Source: Eledone cirrhosa
Taxonomy: Eukaryota
Length of the DNA: 64,000 bases
NCBI GenBank assembly: GCA_964016885.1
Contig: OZ024742.1
Coordinates: 81,778,001-81,842,000 of the forward strand
Reading direction: 5' to 3'
Part shown: positions 28,601-42,041 of the stretch, one piece after another
Layout of the letters: each line of letters starts with the position of its first letter
How positions within the stretch are numbered: the first letter of the stretch is position 1
The notes under the pieces: generated by a model
Seen by the model: only the letters and a program-made list of their open reading frames with translations
What the model was told of the DNA's origin: nothing
Database searches by the model: none
Made by a program: the position numbers and the translations under genes

Positions 28601-29130
28601 GGACTTCGTTGGGTTTATAAGCCTGATAGATGGTTTAGGTCAAAATCGGATATGTGGTCCTTCACTGTGAAGTAGGGTGTCCGTGGGTCTATTGGTTCGG
28701 TGCGGTCGGCGACCCCGAGGCTGGAGGTAATTTGTTGTCCATCGCGATTAATGTCCTCGATGCATGAGTGGTTAGCCTTTTTATAGGTGGAGTTTAGGCT
28801 GCTCCTGATCAATGTGTGGTATATGTCGGGGTTGACAAAGTATAGGTTCCCAGTTTTATCCGAATGCACCATGATGTCATTGGTGTTATCATACTCTGTT
28901 AAGTTGCTACGGAGTTTTTGTAGGAATTGGTTGTGTCTGGGTTTGAATTTAAGCTTCTTGACCAGTTGGAAGAGGTCATTCTCGAAGGGTGAGAGCAAAG
29001 GGTTCGGGGGGGGGGGGGTGATTTGTAGGTAATAAATCCGAATCTCTCCTTGGTACCGAAGTCCTGATTGTCGCAGAATCTGTCGTAGAAAAAAGTTCTA
29101 CATCTAAGTCTTTTCGCAAATATATCGATT
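25673..29130 (-). mobile_element. Naiad-type Penelope-like retrotransposon, near full length, frameshifted (RT + C-terminal GIY-YIG; ORF ~29130-27019)
   Basis: FGF..PPP..LSPFENDL, SDKT, FIQFDIESYY, MGSTDSAEVTDLIG, GLYRDDGL, CNCPNRSSCPLDNRC, NVIYQC..YIGLT..FKTR..H, CNLC..E, CKH; pLTR with HHR; abuts (TA)n. Confidence 0.92.
25766..25859 (-). ncRNA. Type-I hammerhead with U3-A8 core in Naiad pLTR
   Basis: acccc TTGATAA gctcggcta...tagccgtc GAAA cggct-tgagctc-agccg TC ggggt. Confidence 0.85.
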
Positions 29131-30923
29131 TAAATAACCCTACAAACGTCCCTGACCCAAGTTATTTTCCTGGACGTTACCCTCGATCTCAATAATGACC
29201 TGTACTACCCATACAGGAAACCCAATGACAACCTGCACTACATCCACCGCCGATCTAACCATCCTAGGAACATCACCAACAACCTGCTCAAAAACATCTC
29301 CCTCCGTATATCCCGTTTGTCAGCTAATGAGAAGATATTCGATGAACATGCGCCTTACTACAACCAGGCCCTCAAGCGGTGTGGTTTCCGGGAGGAAATA
29401 TCCTACTGTCCAGCTCCCATTAGCGGAACCAGCAGGCGACACCGCCGCTCACGCAATGTAACATAGTTCAATCTTCCCCACAACGCCGAGGTGACAACTC
29501 CCATCGGGAAAATTTTCTTTAGGCTCATTGAAAAATACTTCCCACCACAACACCGCTACCACAACATAATTAACAAAAATACCATCAAACTCTCTTACAG
29601 CACTACACCTAACTTCGCACAAAACATCGTCTCCTCCAACAACAAAAAACTCAACCCCGATGGAAGAAACAACCTTAATAGCAGTGGAGAGCCGACCAGG
29701 AGGTGCAACTGTCCTGATAGATCCAGTTGCCCCCTCGACAACAGATGCAGAGACCGTAATGTGATCTACCAGTGCAACGTGAGCACGGACACCTCCAACA
29801 AAGCTTATATAGGATTAACCGCATGCGACTTCAAGACCCGGCTATACCAACACAGACATACCTTCCGAAACCCGCCCCGGCGTCACGCCACTACACATTC
29901 GGGCCACATATGGGACCTCAAGGACAACAACATTAACTATGATCTCACTTGGAAATTACTGTCCAGAGCCAACTCTTACGCGGGAGGACGCCGTCCGTGC
30001 AATTTATGCTCGGAGGAAACATTACAAATGTTGTTTTCGACGGACCAACTCCTAAACAAGAAAGATGAACTGGTTACTGCATGTAAACACCGATTACGTA
30101 GGACTTACCTCGCCCTCAAACCCCATAATGACCCGGGGGTGGGTACACTAGGGCTATAACACCCCACTTGCCTATTTTGTAATGGGTAACCCCTGCTTGC
30201 CATTGGATACGTAAGATCTTCTTTTACATTCTTTTATCGCTTCCTCTATATTTCCTCCTTCCCCCATCCCTCCCTAGTCCTTCTACCGCAGTTCCTTTTC
30301 TTTGTAGTCGTCTTTTTCTCGCCCACCCGAGGTAGCCCATCAGTCCCTTGTAGCTTCAGCACCCCACCCCCCCTCCCCTATTCTATGATAGATTTGGCTT
30401 ACTCCGCTTTTTATAGCAGAGTTGTTAGACTTCGGATACTCGCCCCCTTCTCCGACCGCAGTCCTTTTTCCGTACCTTCTATATTTCTTAGTGGCATATT
30501 TGCTTTAATTTCTCGTTTATCCAGTATTTCTTTCTTGTTTTTCCCTTTTTTGGGGGGGGAGGGGGTGTTCCTGTATTAATTTTCCGTTCTTTACTTTTAC
30601 TTCGTACGATCTTTCATGTAGCTTGTATAAGACTTTTTTTGTTTCGTGGCGGTACCCTTAGAGTTAGCACTAGTATTTTTTTGCGGGACCCTGAATTATA
30701 TTCTCGTACTAGTTTACTTTCTTGCACTGGGTGGTTGCTGGCCCTGTGATTGGGGTAGACACCTATATTATTTCGTGGTAGTCTCTTTATTATTTTGCCC
30801 TCCCCCCCCCCTTTGTTGCCCTGTCACCGTACGATACACGCACTTATACCTCGTATAAGGGTCCCTTTATTTCCGTCCCACCTAGTTTATTTTTATTATT
30901 ATTATTTATTCATTTATTCTTCA

Positions 30924-30955
<32 letters not shown>

Positions 30956-31444
30956 AATTCATTTATCTAATCTTTTATTCACTTATTTGTTTATTTATTT
31001 ATTTATGTATTTCTTAGCCTAGCAATAGCGAGAGACTTAAGTCTTAGTAACCAGACTTTGCTTATTTTTTTTTCTCTCTCAGTACCTTTTATAGTTTTAC
31101 CCTTCATTGTTCTACTTACCATTTCGACCTCCTCCCCCTCCCCCTCCCCATTACCCTCTTTGACCAGCTGTAGCTGGCACTACCAACGCATGAATGGGTC
31201 TACTACACCCCCTCTCCCCTTTTCTCCTAACGGCTGGTTTAGCTACCCCTTCCCCCACCAATTTGCCATCACAGATTTACTACTAACTTGAGATGTGACC
31301 AATCCTGGTGATTGTCTCTTTGACCATATATGGAATTACCCCTTGATAAGCTCGGCTATTTAAATACCAGAATAAATTTTCATTCAGTACAGAATTAGCC
31401 GTCGAAACGGCTTGAACTCAGCCGTCGGGGTCTTACTTGTTCCT
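29130..31444 (+). mobile_element. Inverted duplication of the 3' 2.3 kb of the same Naiad element (RT thumb, GIY-YIG, pLTR)
   Basis: Reverse complement of ~25752-28075; ORF 29491-30159 nearly identical to 27019-27711; TGG>TAG at 29464. Confidence 0.92.
31338..31431 (+). ncRNA. Type-I hammerhead with U3-A8 core (inverted arm)
   Basis: acccc TTGATAA gctcggcta...tagccgtc GAAA cggct..agccg TC ggggt. Confidence 0.85.
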
Positions 31445-31445
31445 A

Positions 31446-31477
<32 letters not shown>

Positions 31478-31580
31478 GAAAATTAAAAACGTGATATAAC
31501 GATATTTGTATGCTTACATTACATATTTGATGTTCTGATATCTCACTAAGACTATACGATTTCTACATGGTATATATATA

Positions 31581-31888
31581 TAAGCAAGAATGTGTTGGTA
31601 ACATCCAGTACTTCAGTATGCGGATAGGGAGCACTCAACGAAGATATAAGTTCCGGAGTTATAATAGTGACGAAATATAAGTCAATCGCATGAACTCATA
31701 ATCCTCTATTTACTGCTATATATATTTCGACGATAGCCATTGAGTGTCTACGACCTCATCAGGCAGTTAGTCAGTTCTTAGATATGACTAACTGCCTGAT
31801 GAGGTCATACCCACTCAATGGCTATAATCGAAATATATATAACACTAAATAAAGGATTATGAGTTCATGCAATTGACTTATGTTTCGA

Positions 31889-31893
<5 letters not shown>
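31581..31893. repeat. Fold-back insert (arms 31664-31773 / 31785-31893) with divergent hammerheads (31712-31767 minus, 31791-31846 plus)
   Basis: actgc CTGATGA ggtc...tc GAAA tatata TA gcagt; (TA)n flanks. Confidence 0.8.
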
Positions 31894-31929
<36 letters not shown>

Positions 31930-32049
31930 TATACTCTGCTATGTATTGAGTACTTTACTTACTGTGGTTACCTCCGACTCAACCCGGGAATAACTTAGCT
32001 ATATATATATATATATATTATATATATATATTGGATTGATATTTCTTTC

Positions 32050-33200
32050 ATAATTAAAATTTCATTTCTACGTATGGATTTATTCAAGCATATAAAGGGT
32101 ATTATTAAAAAAGAATATTCCTATTTTCTTTAATCTACAGAAATACTTTAATGCCGTGTTACATTCTTTAAAAACAACGGTGATATTGAGTTAGTGAACA
32201 TTTTAATGCACGTTCAATTAAATACGTTTTCTTATGCATTGCCGAAATTCTCCTATAAATCTTCCTAGGTTATTCATTTAACTTGCCATTCTTAAGGGAC
32301 AGGCATTTGGCACTTTCACAACGCTTAATGCTTTGGAACATCTCATAAATTAATACGATAGACATTATATGAAATCTTAAAACATTGAAAAGTCTTTGAA
32401 TTCAGATTTCCAATTAAGTGGTCATTAGAAAAACAGCGAAATATTAATTAAGTGAATCTCAAACACTTCATATATCGATATCATGTGGAGGAGCTGAAAA
32501 TAATTATATAATCCAAAATATGTTTGGTAAGGACCAAAGTAGGAAATCGTAAACAATAGGTGTTTAAATCATTTAATAAAATAACTGTCTGCACATGTAT
32601 AGTGTTATTACAAGGCGAATGTGCGAATCCTTTTATGTTACAGGGAATATGTTTAAGTATATTCCATCAGATATATAGGAAACATGTGTTAACTTTTGAA
32701 AATATTTCATATTCAAGCGAATTATATATCAGGACAAATAGCGGGGACGAACATTCGTGATCAAAATTATAACAGGAGTTAATATTAAATTGAGTTGACA
32801 ATGTTTCTGTAATATGATTGTTATGTCCCTTGTTTTGGTGTCGCAAATATTATGAATACTCTTTTTAATTAATATAATCTATACCCACATTTCAGAAAAT
32901 ATATTTCATTCATTGATGCATGGTGAAATAATTTAATATACCTGAGGCACGTGAACATTATTTTGTATTAAATATACTACGGACATTTAATTCATAACCA
33001 ATCAGGTACTTCCGAATGACTTTTGCATTGGTGAAAATGTTCATATATATAAACAGAGTAGTGAAGAAGCTTGAGCATTCAGATGGTTGCTACATGTGTA
33101 CACAATATTATAATAACGCTAAACTGATTGAAACGATGTCATATATATTAAATATACTGTACGATATATACATATAAGAAAAATCCAAATTTATCTATGA
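32050..33200 (+). pseudogene. Decayed TLR-like remnant C (LRR, LRR-CT, TM, TIR start)
   Basis: 32282: LAILKGQAFGTFTTLNALEHLIN; 32560: VFKSFNKITV..ANPFM; 33003: QVLPNDFCIGENV (cf. TIR RDFxxG). Order is correct for a TLR. Confidence 0.45.
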
Positions 33201-34396
33201 TGTTTAATATAATATTTTTACTGTTTTTATACATTATTCAGTTCAAAACATAAAACATGATGTTGGTTTTAATTTGATTAAATCATAGAAACCTTTAATT
33301 TTTCTATTTGATTCAAAATTCAGTATTTGATTCAAATTGAAAAAATGAAACACTTGCGCAGATATAAATATAAGCAAACGTATGGAAACATTAAAACATA
33401 TAGAAGTAGAGAAACGATATAAAACCAAAATAAAATTAAACTAAAAGAATAAACAAAATGAAGAAACTGGAAAATAAGTATTGTTAGAAATAAAATTGCA
33501 CACTGTCTGTTTGTATTGATTTTAAGGTAATTTCATTTGATTAAATTTATATGTTGATGAAATTCTCTTCGTCAAAACACGTGAATATAGAAAAACGAAG
33601 ACAAAATATGAAATATACAAGCAATAACTTTAAACATACAATGTTAGAAAAAATACGTTAACAAATTACATTTGAAAAATAAAGTTGTTTAAAAAGAGAA
33701 ATTGAAGAAAAAATTTAAGTGAATTACTTTCTATTTGTTTGTCAAATTTATAATGTATTGGTATTCTGGATGCTCACACACACATATTTCCATATATATA
33801 TTCATCGATATGCATACAGCAATATACAGATCTGTATATATCGATGTCTACATCGCTCACTCCCACTCCCACATTCTCTATGTATTTAAATATGCGTGAT
33901 GTATCTCAGAGTGCAAACTTATTTGTGTGTATATATGTATTCACGTTGAATATAATCACTAACAATACACGGTTATACAAAAAAATAATGTATATACCCA
34001 CGTATTTATATCTATGTTCTTATATTTACAAGTGTACATACATGCAAACATAAAAATGTTTTATATTTTCAGATTCCGTTGGAAGCAGGCACACATACAA
34101 AGTTGTACATACGCTGTATTTTAATATAAATAGGTATTAGTGAGGTGTGGTCAGAGTGTTACAGGATGTATACGATTAAATACTATCTGATATAGCAAAA
34201 GCTATACAGAGTTTCATAAATAAAAATTGTTTTTGAGTAACTATATACAATCCGAGCACTTATACATATATATATATATTCTAAAACCCTACACTAATAC
34301 ATTCTTTTATATAATTTCGTACTTATACGACTGACGCACGATTTAGAATATGATTGATATATTTCAATATGATCTCCTAATGATTATTTTCCTTAC

Positions 34397-34596
34397 NNNN
34401 NNNNNNNNNNNNNNNNNNNNNNNNNNNNNNNNNNNNNNNNNNNNNNNNNNNNNNNNNNNNNNNNNNNNNNNNNNNNNNNNNNNNNNNNNNNNNNNNNNNN
34501 NNNNNNNNNNNNNNNNNNNNNNNNNNNNNNNNNNNNNNNNNNNNNNNNNNNNNNNNNNNNNNNNNNNNNNNNNNNNNNNNNNNNNNNNNNNNNNNN
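34397..34596. other. Assembly gap (200 N)
   Basis: Run of n characters. Confidence 1.
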
Positions 34597-34599
34597 GAT

Positions 34600-35870
34600 A
34601 TAGAAATGATGGGGGCATTTCAGAACTCTTTAAGTATAAAGGTTTGGCAATAAAACACTCGACGGCTTCCCTATGAAAGTAACAGCTAGGTGTTATATCA
34701 CTTAATGTTTAAGGAAACGACCTGTAAAGGTCAACATTTCCTGGATCCCACAAGTGATGAATATCTGGTAGATCCTGACATGCTTCGTCCTGGAATGGAG
34801 TGTAAATCTTTTGGAAGTGAACTGATTATTTTGGCATTGCAACCGACGTGCTAGCTGTGAGAGAATGGTACTGAATCATTTATTCGATACGAAACACGGA
34901 CTAAGGCTCGTGTTGTCACAAACGAAAAAACGATAGTTGTCTGATGGGTCTGAGTGTTAGACGCGCAGTGTGGCAGTACAACCATAATTCCGTCTTTGAT
35001 GGAGCAATTGCTAATGATGCTCGATTCAAAGCAGATATGTGCGGTTTTTCGACAGCAATTTGTGCAACATTTTTGTTCGAGAGTAGGGTGTCGCAGACGG
35101 ATGCACACAATAATTCCTACCTCAACGGACTGCTGAGACTATCGGTGATTGATGCGGAGGGCTGCAAATATCCGATAACAACAGCTGCTCGGAGCCCATA
35201 TAAACCGGTTTAGGATATTCTGCCCAACGAGCTTTATGTAGATATGACAAGATATTTATCCGATGTCCTCGAATCATTGTAGTGCAACTGACAACAAAAT
35301 AGGAGAATTCCCAGTTCTGTGAGTCGGGGTGCAGTAAAGCTGATGAAGAAATACGAAAATAATTGAGACGTTATAGATACTCCCCAGTCTATATCTCTGT
35401 TTATCACAGAATCTACGCGTTCGGCCAAACTGCGAGCTACGAAGATCGCGCTTGAAACAAGGGTCTTGTAGGAGAGGGGTAAACATATGCTAGTTTGATT
35501 AGCTCTATACATGACAGCCTCCAACTCATGGGATACAATATATAGACGGACGACGAGATTGCTCGTGTTTACGTTGAGGCTATGTTCTATTGAAATAAAC
35601 AGAAATATTTCAATAGAGTCGACAATTGATACACTGGTGCTCCGTCTAGAAAGCCGGCTTTGGTCCCATTTTCCGAGGTTACACAGTGGCTCGGTAGTCA
35701 GAGTAAATGGTCACAGATCGGATCCCTTCAACTCACGTGCTCGGATCGTCAAATTCATCCTCTTTCCTTCGTTTCGCAAACTGAGGTGTACAGCAATATT
35801 CTAGAGAAATATGAATGTTTACGGAAGCAACGATCAACCTGAATATGTTCAAGATTGGTGGTGTACCTGA
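34600..35870 (+). mobile_element. Decayed L1/Tx1-like LINE ORF2 (RT) fragment
   Basis: ~35615-35750 reads RVD..., AGFGPIF and LHSGSVVRVNGHRSDPF across frameshifts (cf. GFGxxF..LY..SxVxVNG..S.PF..R.VRQG). Confidence 0.55.
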
Positions 35871-36019
35871 GTTGTCCCTGGGTGCTTCTCCGCATTATTG
35901 TCATTGATTTTTTATGCATTTTTATACAGGATTTCATTGTAAACCCCCACTATCCCTGTCTTTGTATTGTACCCTATATGTGGCCTCAGTGCCCCATAAA
36001 GTAAATATTGTTTTGTTTT

Positions 36020-36164
36020 TTGTTAGTAGTAGAAGCATTAGTAGTAATAGTTGTAGAAGCAGCAGAAACAGCAGTAGGCGCAGCAGCAGTGGTAGTATTA
36101 GAAGCAACAAAGGCAGTAGTTGTAGTATCATCATCATCATCATCGTAATCAGCAGCAGCATCAA

Positions 36165-36215
<51 letters not shown>

Positions 36216-36233
36216 AAGTAGTAGTAGTAGTAG

Positions 36234-36289
<56 letters not shown>

Positions 36290-36330
36290 GCTGTTGTTGT
36301 TGTTGTTGTTATTTCAGCAGCAGCATTAAT
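36020..36330. repeat. Compound trinucleotide microsatellite (AGC/ATC/AGT/TGT)n
   Basis: Directly visible. Confidence 0.95.
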
Positions 36331-36929
36331 GTTAGCATTAAGAAATCATGAATAATTCTAGATATTCACAGCTACTATTTTAAATATATTAGATTAGTCA
36401 GACACAGGAACAAAAATATTTTTCCATGAATATAGTTTGTCCAGACTCTTTTATAGTTTTCATCTTAGAGTAATCATCATGAAAGTATTCTATGATTTTG
36501 TCTACCTCTTAAATTCGTTAGGTATATAGTTAGTGATTTAAGTAGTCTAACGCATTATATATATTTCAAGCAGAGCGAAGCTAATGTTACTTTTACACAG
36601 AAGTCATTAAAAACATACAACAACAACAAAAATATTATAATGTAGCGTTACTAATGTGGGTTTCACTGTTATAGCATTTTAATCAGCGTGTATATATATA
36701 GAAGTGTGAAGAGAAACAGTCATATTATGCAGAGACACATACACACACAAAACCATAAGGAAACAAAAACTATCACAATCACACAAACGGAGACGTCGTC
36801 CAGTATTCTTTTATATAACGGAGACATACGAGATGATATAGATATACCCAACGATCTATCAAATATAATAAATATAAATGCCTACATTATTTCTTTGGAT
36901 GTTGTGAAGCTATAGTACACGTTTCAAAG

Positions 36930-38210
36930 TACTAGGGAATCAATTTTATAAATTAGTAGCTAGAATCATTCACTTATGAGCCAATAGACCGTATTGATAT
37001 AAAATCCATTATAGGTGGTCTTCAAAGACAATTATTTCAAATTTGACAAAACCGAGAACATTCAGGAACAGGCACGGCAACAATACATGCCAACCTAATC
37101 ATGGAATATCATGAATTGAAATCTACAAAAAAAAACATCACAAATTTATGTGGGTAAAACTGGAAAAGGTAATAAAGTCTCATATATTTGGAGGGAAAAC
37201 TTTAGAAACTGAAACGAAATACCATTAATATATAAACCTTAATACCCAGAGCACCTTTTATATATACTAATTAAAAAAAAACAAAGAAGAAACTAAAAAC
37301 TGATATCTATTTCAAATATGCATACTCCATTTGAGATGCACTTATCCAAATCACACTCGACACAATATTCCAAATTGTGCAGCTGTTCGAATCAGCAAAT
37401 TAGTCTCAACACTAGCAAAAAGAGATCACCCTCTAGATAAAATGAAAAGCTAATCAACAAGAGAATATGTCCTCATAATGTAATCAATAGATTTATCCAA
37501 ACATCAAGAGGGATAATATCACCAAGCAAGTCCTAGAAACACAACTAAATAAAATATAAGTTAATAGTGTAGATTTCAAATTTTAATCTCAAGAAAAGCG
37601 AAATTTATACGGACATACATCTAAAGCTATCTCCATTCTATTAAATGGAAAACAATGAAACCCATAACATAAAATTATTCAATTATAAATAGTACAGCGC
37701 AGGCAATGTCACTCAATATAATTGTGTCGAATGCAAACCTGGATACGCTTATTATAAATCCTGAGTTCAGAAAGCAAAATCGATCAAACTGTGGAATAGG
37801 CCACTATTTGTTATAAACTCTAAACCTTTACTTGACAGAGGGAGCAATATTCAAAATTATAAACTACTTCTCCTGCAAATACTTTAAACTTACTGCGTTT
37901 GAAAACGTATTCTAACTAACGATAAAATAATTAGGACTGGTGATAAATTCTCAAGTAGTAATATAGAATGTGATTTGGTTGGTTGATGAGAAGCTTTTGC
38001 TTTTTAAAAGATTACTTCACATATAAGAATAGTAAATGCTGTCTGTAGGGCAGGCAGATATCTTATTGCGAGCAACAATTTCAATTACATCTCAAATATT
38101 AATCCAAATATGATGAAGGACTTACGTCCAAAAGGTTAAATCAGCTTTCCGACAATATCAAGTGTAAAAATAATAATTTATGTTTTCATAGTATTCTGTC
38201 ATTCGCCTTT
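36930..38210 (+). mobile_element. Highly decayed Neptune-type PLE with vestigial HHR (~38108-38146)
   Basis: DNYFKFD (37027), ANLIMEYHELK (~37089), RSNCG..HYL and NYFSC (37780-37880) parallel the 39110 element; tail aTGATGA aggac-ttac-gtcc. Confidence 0.5.
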
Positions 38211-38266
38211 GGCACACATATACACGCATGTAGACCCAACCGCACATACACACACACACCCAAATA

Positions 38267-38413
<147 letters not shown>

Positions 38414-38433
38414 GTATATATATATATATATAT

Positions 38434-39110
38434 GTTAGAATTGGAGCTCTGAAATAGCAATATATATATGGATGAATATATAATGTATTTTGCAATACAC
38501 TTTATGCTTAATTAAAAGCATTTTGAAGACAGTATGCTATTGTTTTAGAGTAGTGACAAATTCACTTACTTTAATCTCAGCAAACATGGGAGATAAGCCA
38601 ACAAGGCCTTGTTTCGCTTTTGTTGAAGCTTATCAAGGCTAACTACCCCTCCTATCTACTGAGATTACTGATGTTATATTCTTATAGAATTCTAGTAAAT
38701 AATCAGGAACTGATTATACAGAGCGATTGTTGGTCAGGCAGAAATTAAAAATTAGAATTGGAGCTCTGAAATAGCAATATATATATGGATGTATATATAA
38801 TGTATTTTGCAATACACTTTATGCTTAATTAAAAGCATTTTGAAGACCGTATGCTATTGTTTTAGAGTAGTGACAAATTCACTTAATTTAATCTCAGCAA
38901 ACAGGGGAGATAAGCCGACAAGGCCTTGTTTCGCTTTTGTTGAAGCTTATCAAGGCTAACTACCCCTCCTGTCTACTGAGATTACTGATGTTATATTCTT
39001 ATAGAATTCTAGTAAATAATCAGGAACTGATTATACAGAGCGATTGTTGGTCAGGCAGAAATTAAAAATTAGAATTGGAGCTCTGAAATAGCAATATATA
39101 TGGATGTATA
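38434..39110 (-). mobile_element. 317-bp tandem repeat (2.1 units) with U3-A8 hammerheads at 38596-38640 and 38913-38957
   Basis: Minus: agcc TTGATAA gctt caacaa aagc GAAA caaggccttg TC ggct (TT in the first copy); units start at 38434, 38752 and 39069. Confidence 0.85.
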
Positions 39111-41655
39111 TGGCAGGAAGACACAAGTACACTCACCCTTTTCAAGAATATGATTAACAACATTAACAATAATATACAATTCACAATGGAATCTAACTCC
39201 AAGGAATTAGACTTCCTGGATATTCTAATTTTAAAAACAGATGGAAAAATAGAGACAGACATATATTACAAACACACGGACTCCAAACAGTACCTCATAT
39301 TCACATCAAATCACCGAAAACATACAAAACTTAACATCCCTTTCAATGTAGCCAAACGTATATTCTCCATTATATCAGACCCAGCTAAACGGAAGCAAAG
39401 ACTAAATGAACTCAAAAACACACTCACCTTAAAAGCCATCCCACTTAACATAATTAATAACGGTATAGATAAAACAAAAGATGCAAATGTTCATCAACCC
39501 GACAACCCAAAACACGGCAACACAAACAATACCTTACCATATGTATCCACGTTCAACCCCAGAAACACCGAAATATTCGCCATCCTACACAAAAACCTCC
39601 TCATTCTATTTAAAGATGAAAAAATGAAAAAAATTCTAAAAACACACAAGATCATCAAAACCAAAAGACAACCAAAATCACTAAAACATATCCTCACAGG
39701 AACAAAGACACAAACATATCCCCAACCTTATGGTAACAAAATGCGGAAGAACGAACTGTGGAACATGTCTATACTTAATTGAAGGGCAAAATTTCACGTT
39801 CAAAGATGGCCAAAGTTTCAGAGTGAAAAACAACTTCACTTGCAACTCGGAGAACCTAATCTATGTAATCACGTGTGGTGGTTGTCAGCATAACTATATA
39901 GGACAGACGGGTTTTCATTGCGAAAAAGAATGACCATCCATCAATTACAAATACGAGAAGCAAACACAAGGAAAATACCCTTAAGCAGCCACATTGCAGA
40001 TTGTGCAGGAATGACACTCCCCAACTTTAAAATCCTCCCCCTTTACAAGTGCTCCGATTCTTTCACTCAACAACAAACAATAAATAAGGAAAAACTATTT
40101 ATTAATAAATTTAAACCAAAACTAAATATGTAATCACCACCATTAGACCCCTACCCCCCTCACTCACACACACGTGCGCACTAAACATTTTTTTTCTAAT
40201 GTTTAAACTGTTGGATTCTGAGAACACTTTGGCTCTTAGCCTTTAACTTTTGACAATTTTCGGAATTTTGTGGGAAAAAAGGTTTACTTAATTCCCTCAG
40301 TGGGTATATATTTATGTATATATTTACCTATTTACTCATTCATTTATATATATATACACGCACTGTGTCTCGATTTTTGAATAATTTTTAGAATCTTTTA
40401 AGAATGTCTATTTAAGAATGATTTTTTGGAGAGAGAGAGTTTCTTTAAGGCTCCTTTTGAAGAGTTCTTTTTGAAGTTTTTTTTTTTTTGGAAGAGTTCT
40501 CTTAACTTTCTTAACTCCTTTCATTTTTAAATTCTTGGATTCTGCAAATCTTTTGGATTTCAGCTCTTATATTTTGCCAATTCTCTGAATTTTGGAGAAA
40601 GAATAATTTTTTCTTTGTTCCCCTCTACAAAAGTAACTTTAACAGACAAACAGTAAGAGCCCACACACACAATTTGCGGAATTTTGTAGAAAAAAATGTT
40701 ACTTAATTCCCGCTGTGTATATATTTATTTATTTACTCATTCATTTTTATATATACACGCACTGTGTCTCGATTTAAAGATCTTTTACAAATTTATTCTA
40801 AATAATTGATTTTTTTTGGAGAGAAAGACTTCTTAAGGTTTCTTTTGAAAGGTATTTTTTGAAGTGTTTTGGGAGAGTTCTCTTGACTCGCTTAAATCTT
40901 TTAATCTTTAATCTTTAATTTTTAAATTTTTTGATTCTGGGAATCCTTTGTATTTCAGCTCTTAACTTTTGCCAATCTTCTGAATTTTGAAGTAAAATAA
41001 CTTTTTATTAATTCCCCTCTGGAAAAGTAACTTTAACAGATAAAGTGTAAAAACGCACACACACTACAACCCCACAAATATATACGCACACATATTTATG
41101 CATACATATACGCACACACTCACATGTGTGAACTGTTGTATATACACCCTCGCCCTCTCTCTATATATGTGTGTGTGGGTATGTACACATACCACCTACC
41201 ACAGTAGTCAGCTCCTACAGCAGTAGTCAGCTCCTACATCCCCCTACCCTCTTTTCAACTATTGACCACTAGATTAAACAAAACAACTTGGCCTCATTCC
41301 ATGCCAACTTTTCAGAAGGCATGATGGAAGAAATTTTGCTCAAACATTCGTTTTTGATTTTAATTTTAATTTTAAACACTTTTTTTACTCCCTTTAAATA
41401 ACTTTTTCACTGAATTTTAAAAGATGCATTTTAATACTACGAAACGGGTAATTTTTCCATACACATTATAACTCCATTAAAACATTTTCAAAAACGTATT
41501 GTCGCTCTCTTTTTAATAACACTATATTTTCAATGATGTCACTTTGACGAATCAAAAAAGAAAAACAGACCCTTGAACCATCTCTCGCGCCATTTCCAAC
41601 TTCAAATTTTCTCTATACCCACACTTTTGTATAGACACTCACTTCTCTTTTCTAA
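39110..41655 (+). mobile_element. 5'-truncated Neptune-type PLE (RT C-terminus, Cys-rich linker, GIY-YIG to 40133; long 3' UTR with duplicated block; degenerate HHR ~41412-41445)
   Basis: IQFTME, LDFLDI, TDIYYKHTDSKQYL, KCGRTNCGTC, FTCNSENLIYVITCGGC..YIGQTG, RKRMT.H, KEK.FI..FKPKLN; two frameshifts. Confidence 0.88.
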
Positions 41656-41726
<71 letters not shown>

Positions 41727-41800
41727 GATGTAAAATAAGAAAATTATAAAAATTAACTTACTTACTAAAATTTCACTCCAAATAATTAGTTTCTGAAAGT

Positions 41801-41864
41801 GAATAGACATGGTTTCCGAATGGAACACATGGAGAAGGCCTTTCGTCATCAGGGAAGTCTATTC
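41801..41864 (-). ncRNA. Hammerhead-like motif in insert 41722-41998
   Basis: Minus: gaata..CTGATGA cgaa...ttcg GAAA ccatg TC tattc; stems I and III are imperfect. Confidence 0.45.
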
Positions 41865-41994
41865 TCAACTAAGTTCCCAGGCAATGCGTGGACACAGGGA
41901 ACTTATACAATAATAATTCAGTGGATGGAAAAAAGTATAGCGTGGACTAAGTTTATAATAATGTCAAACCTGCTCGCTCTTTCAAAAAACATTC

Positions 41995-42041
<47 letters not shown>

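Noticed and set aside
34350-34676. ORFs spanning the N run
   Set aside because: Artefact of the assembly gap.
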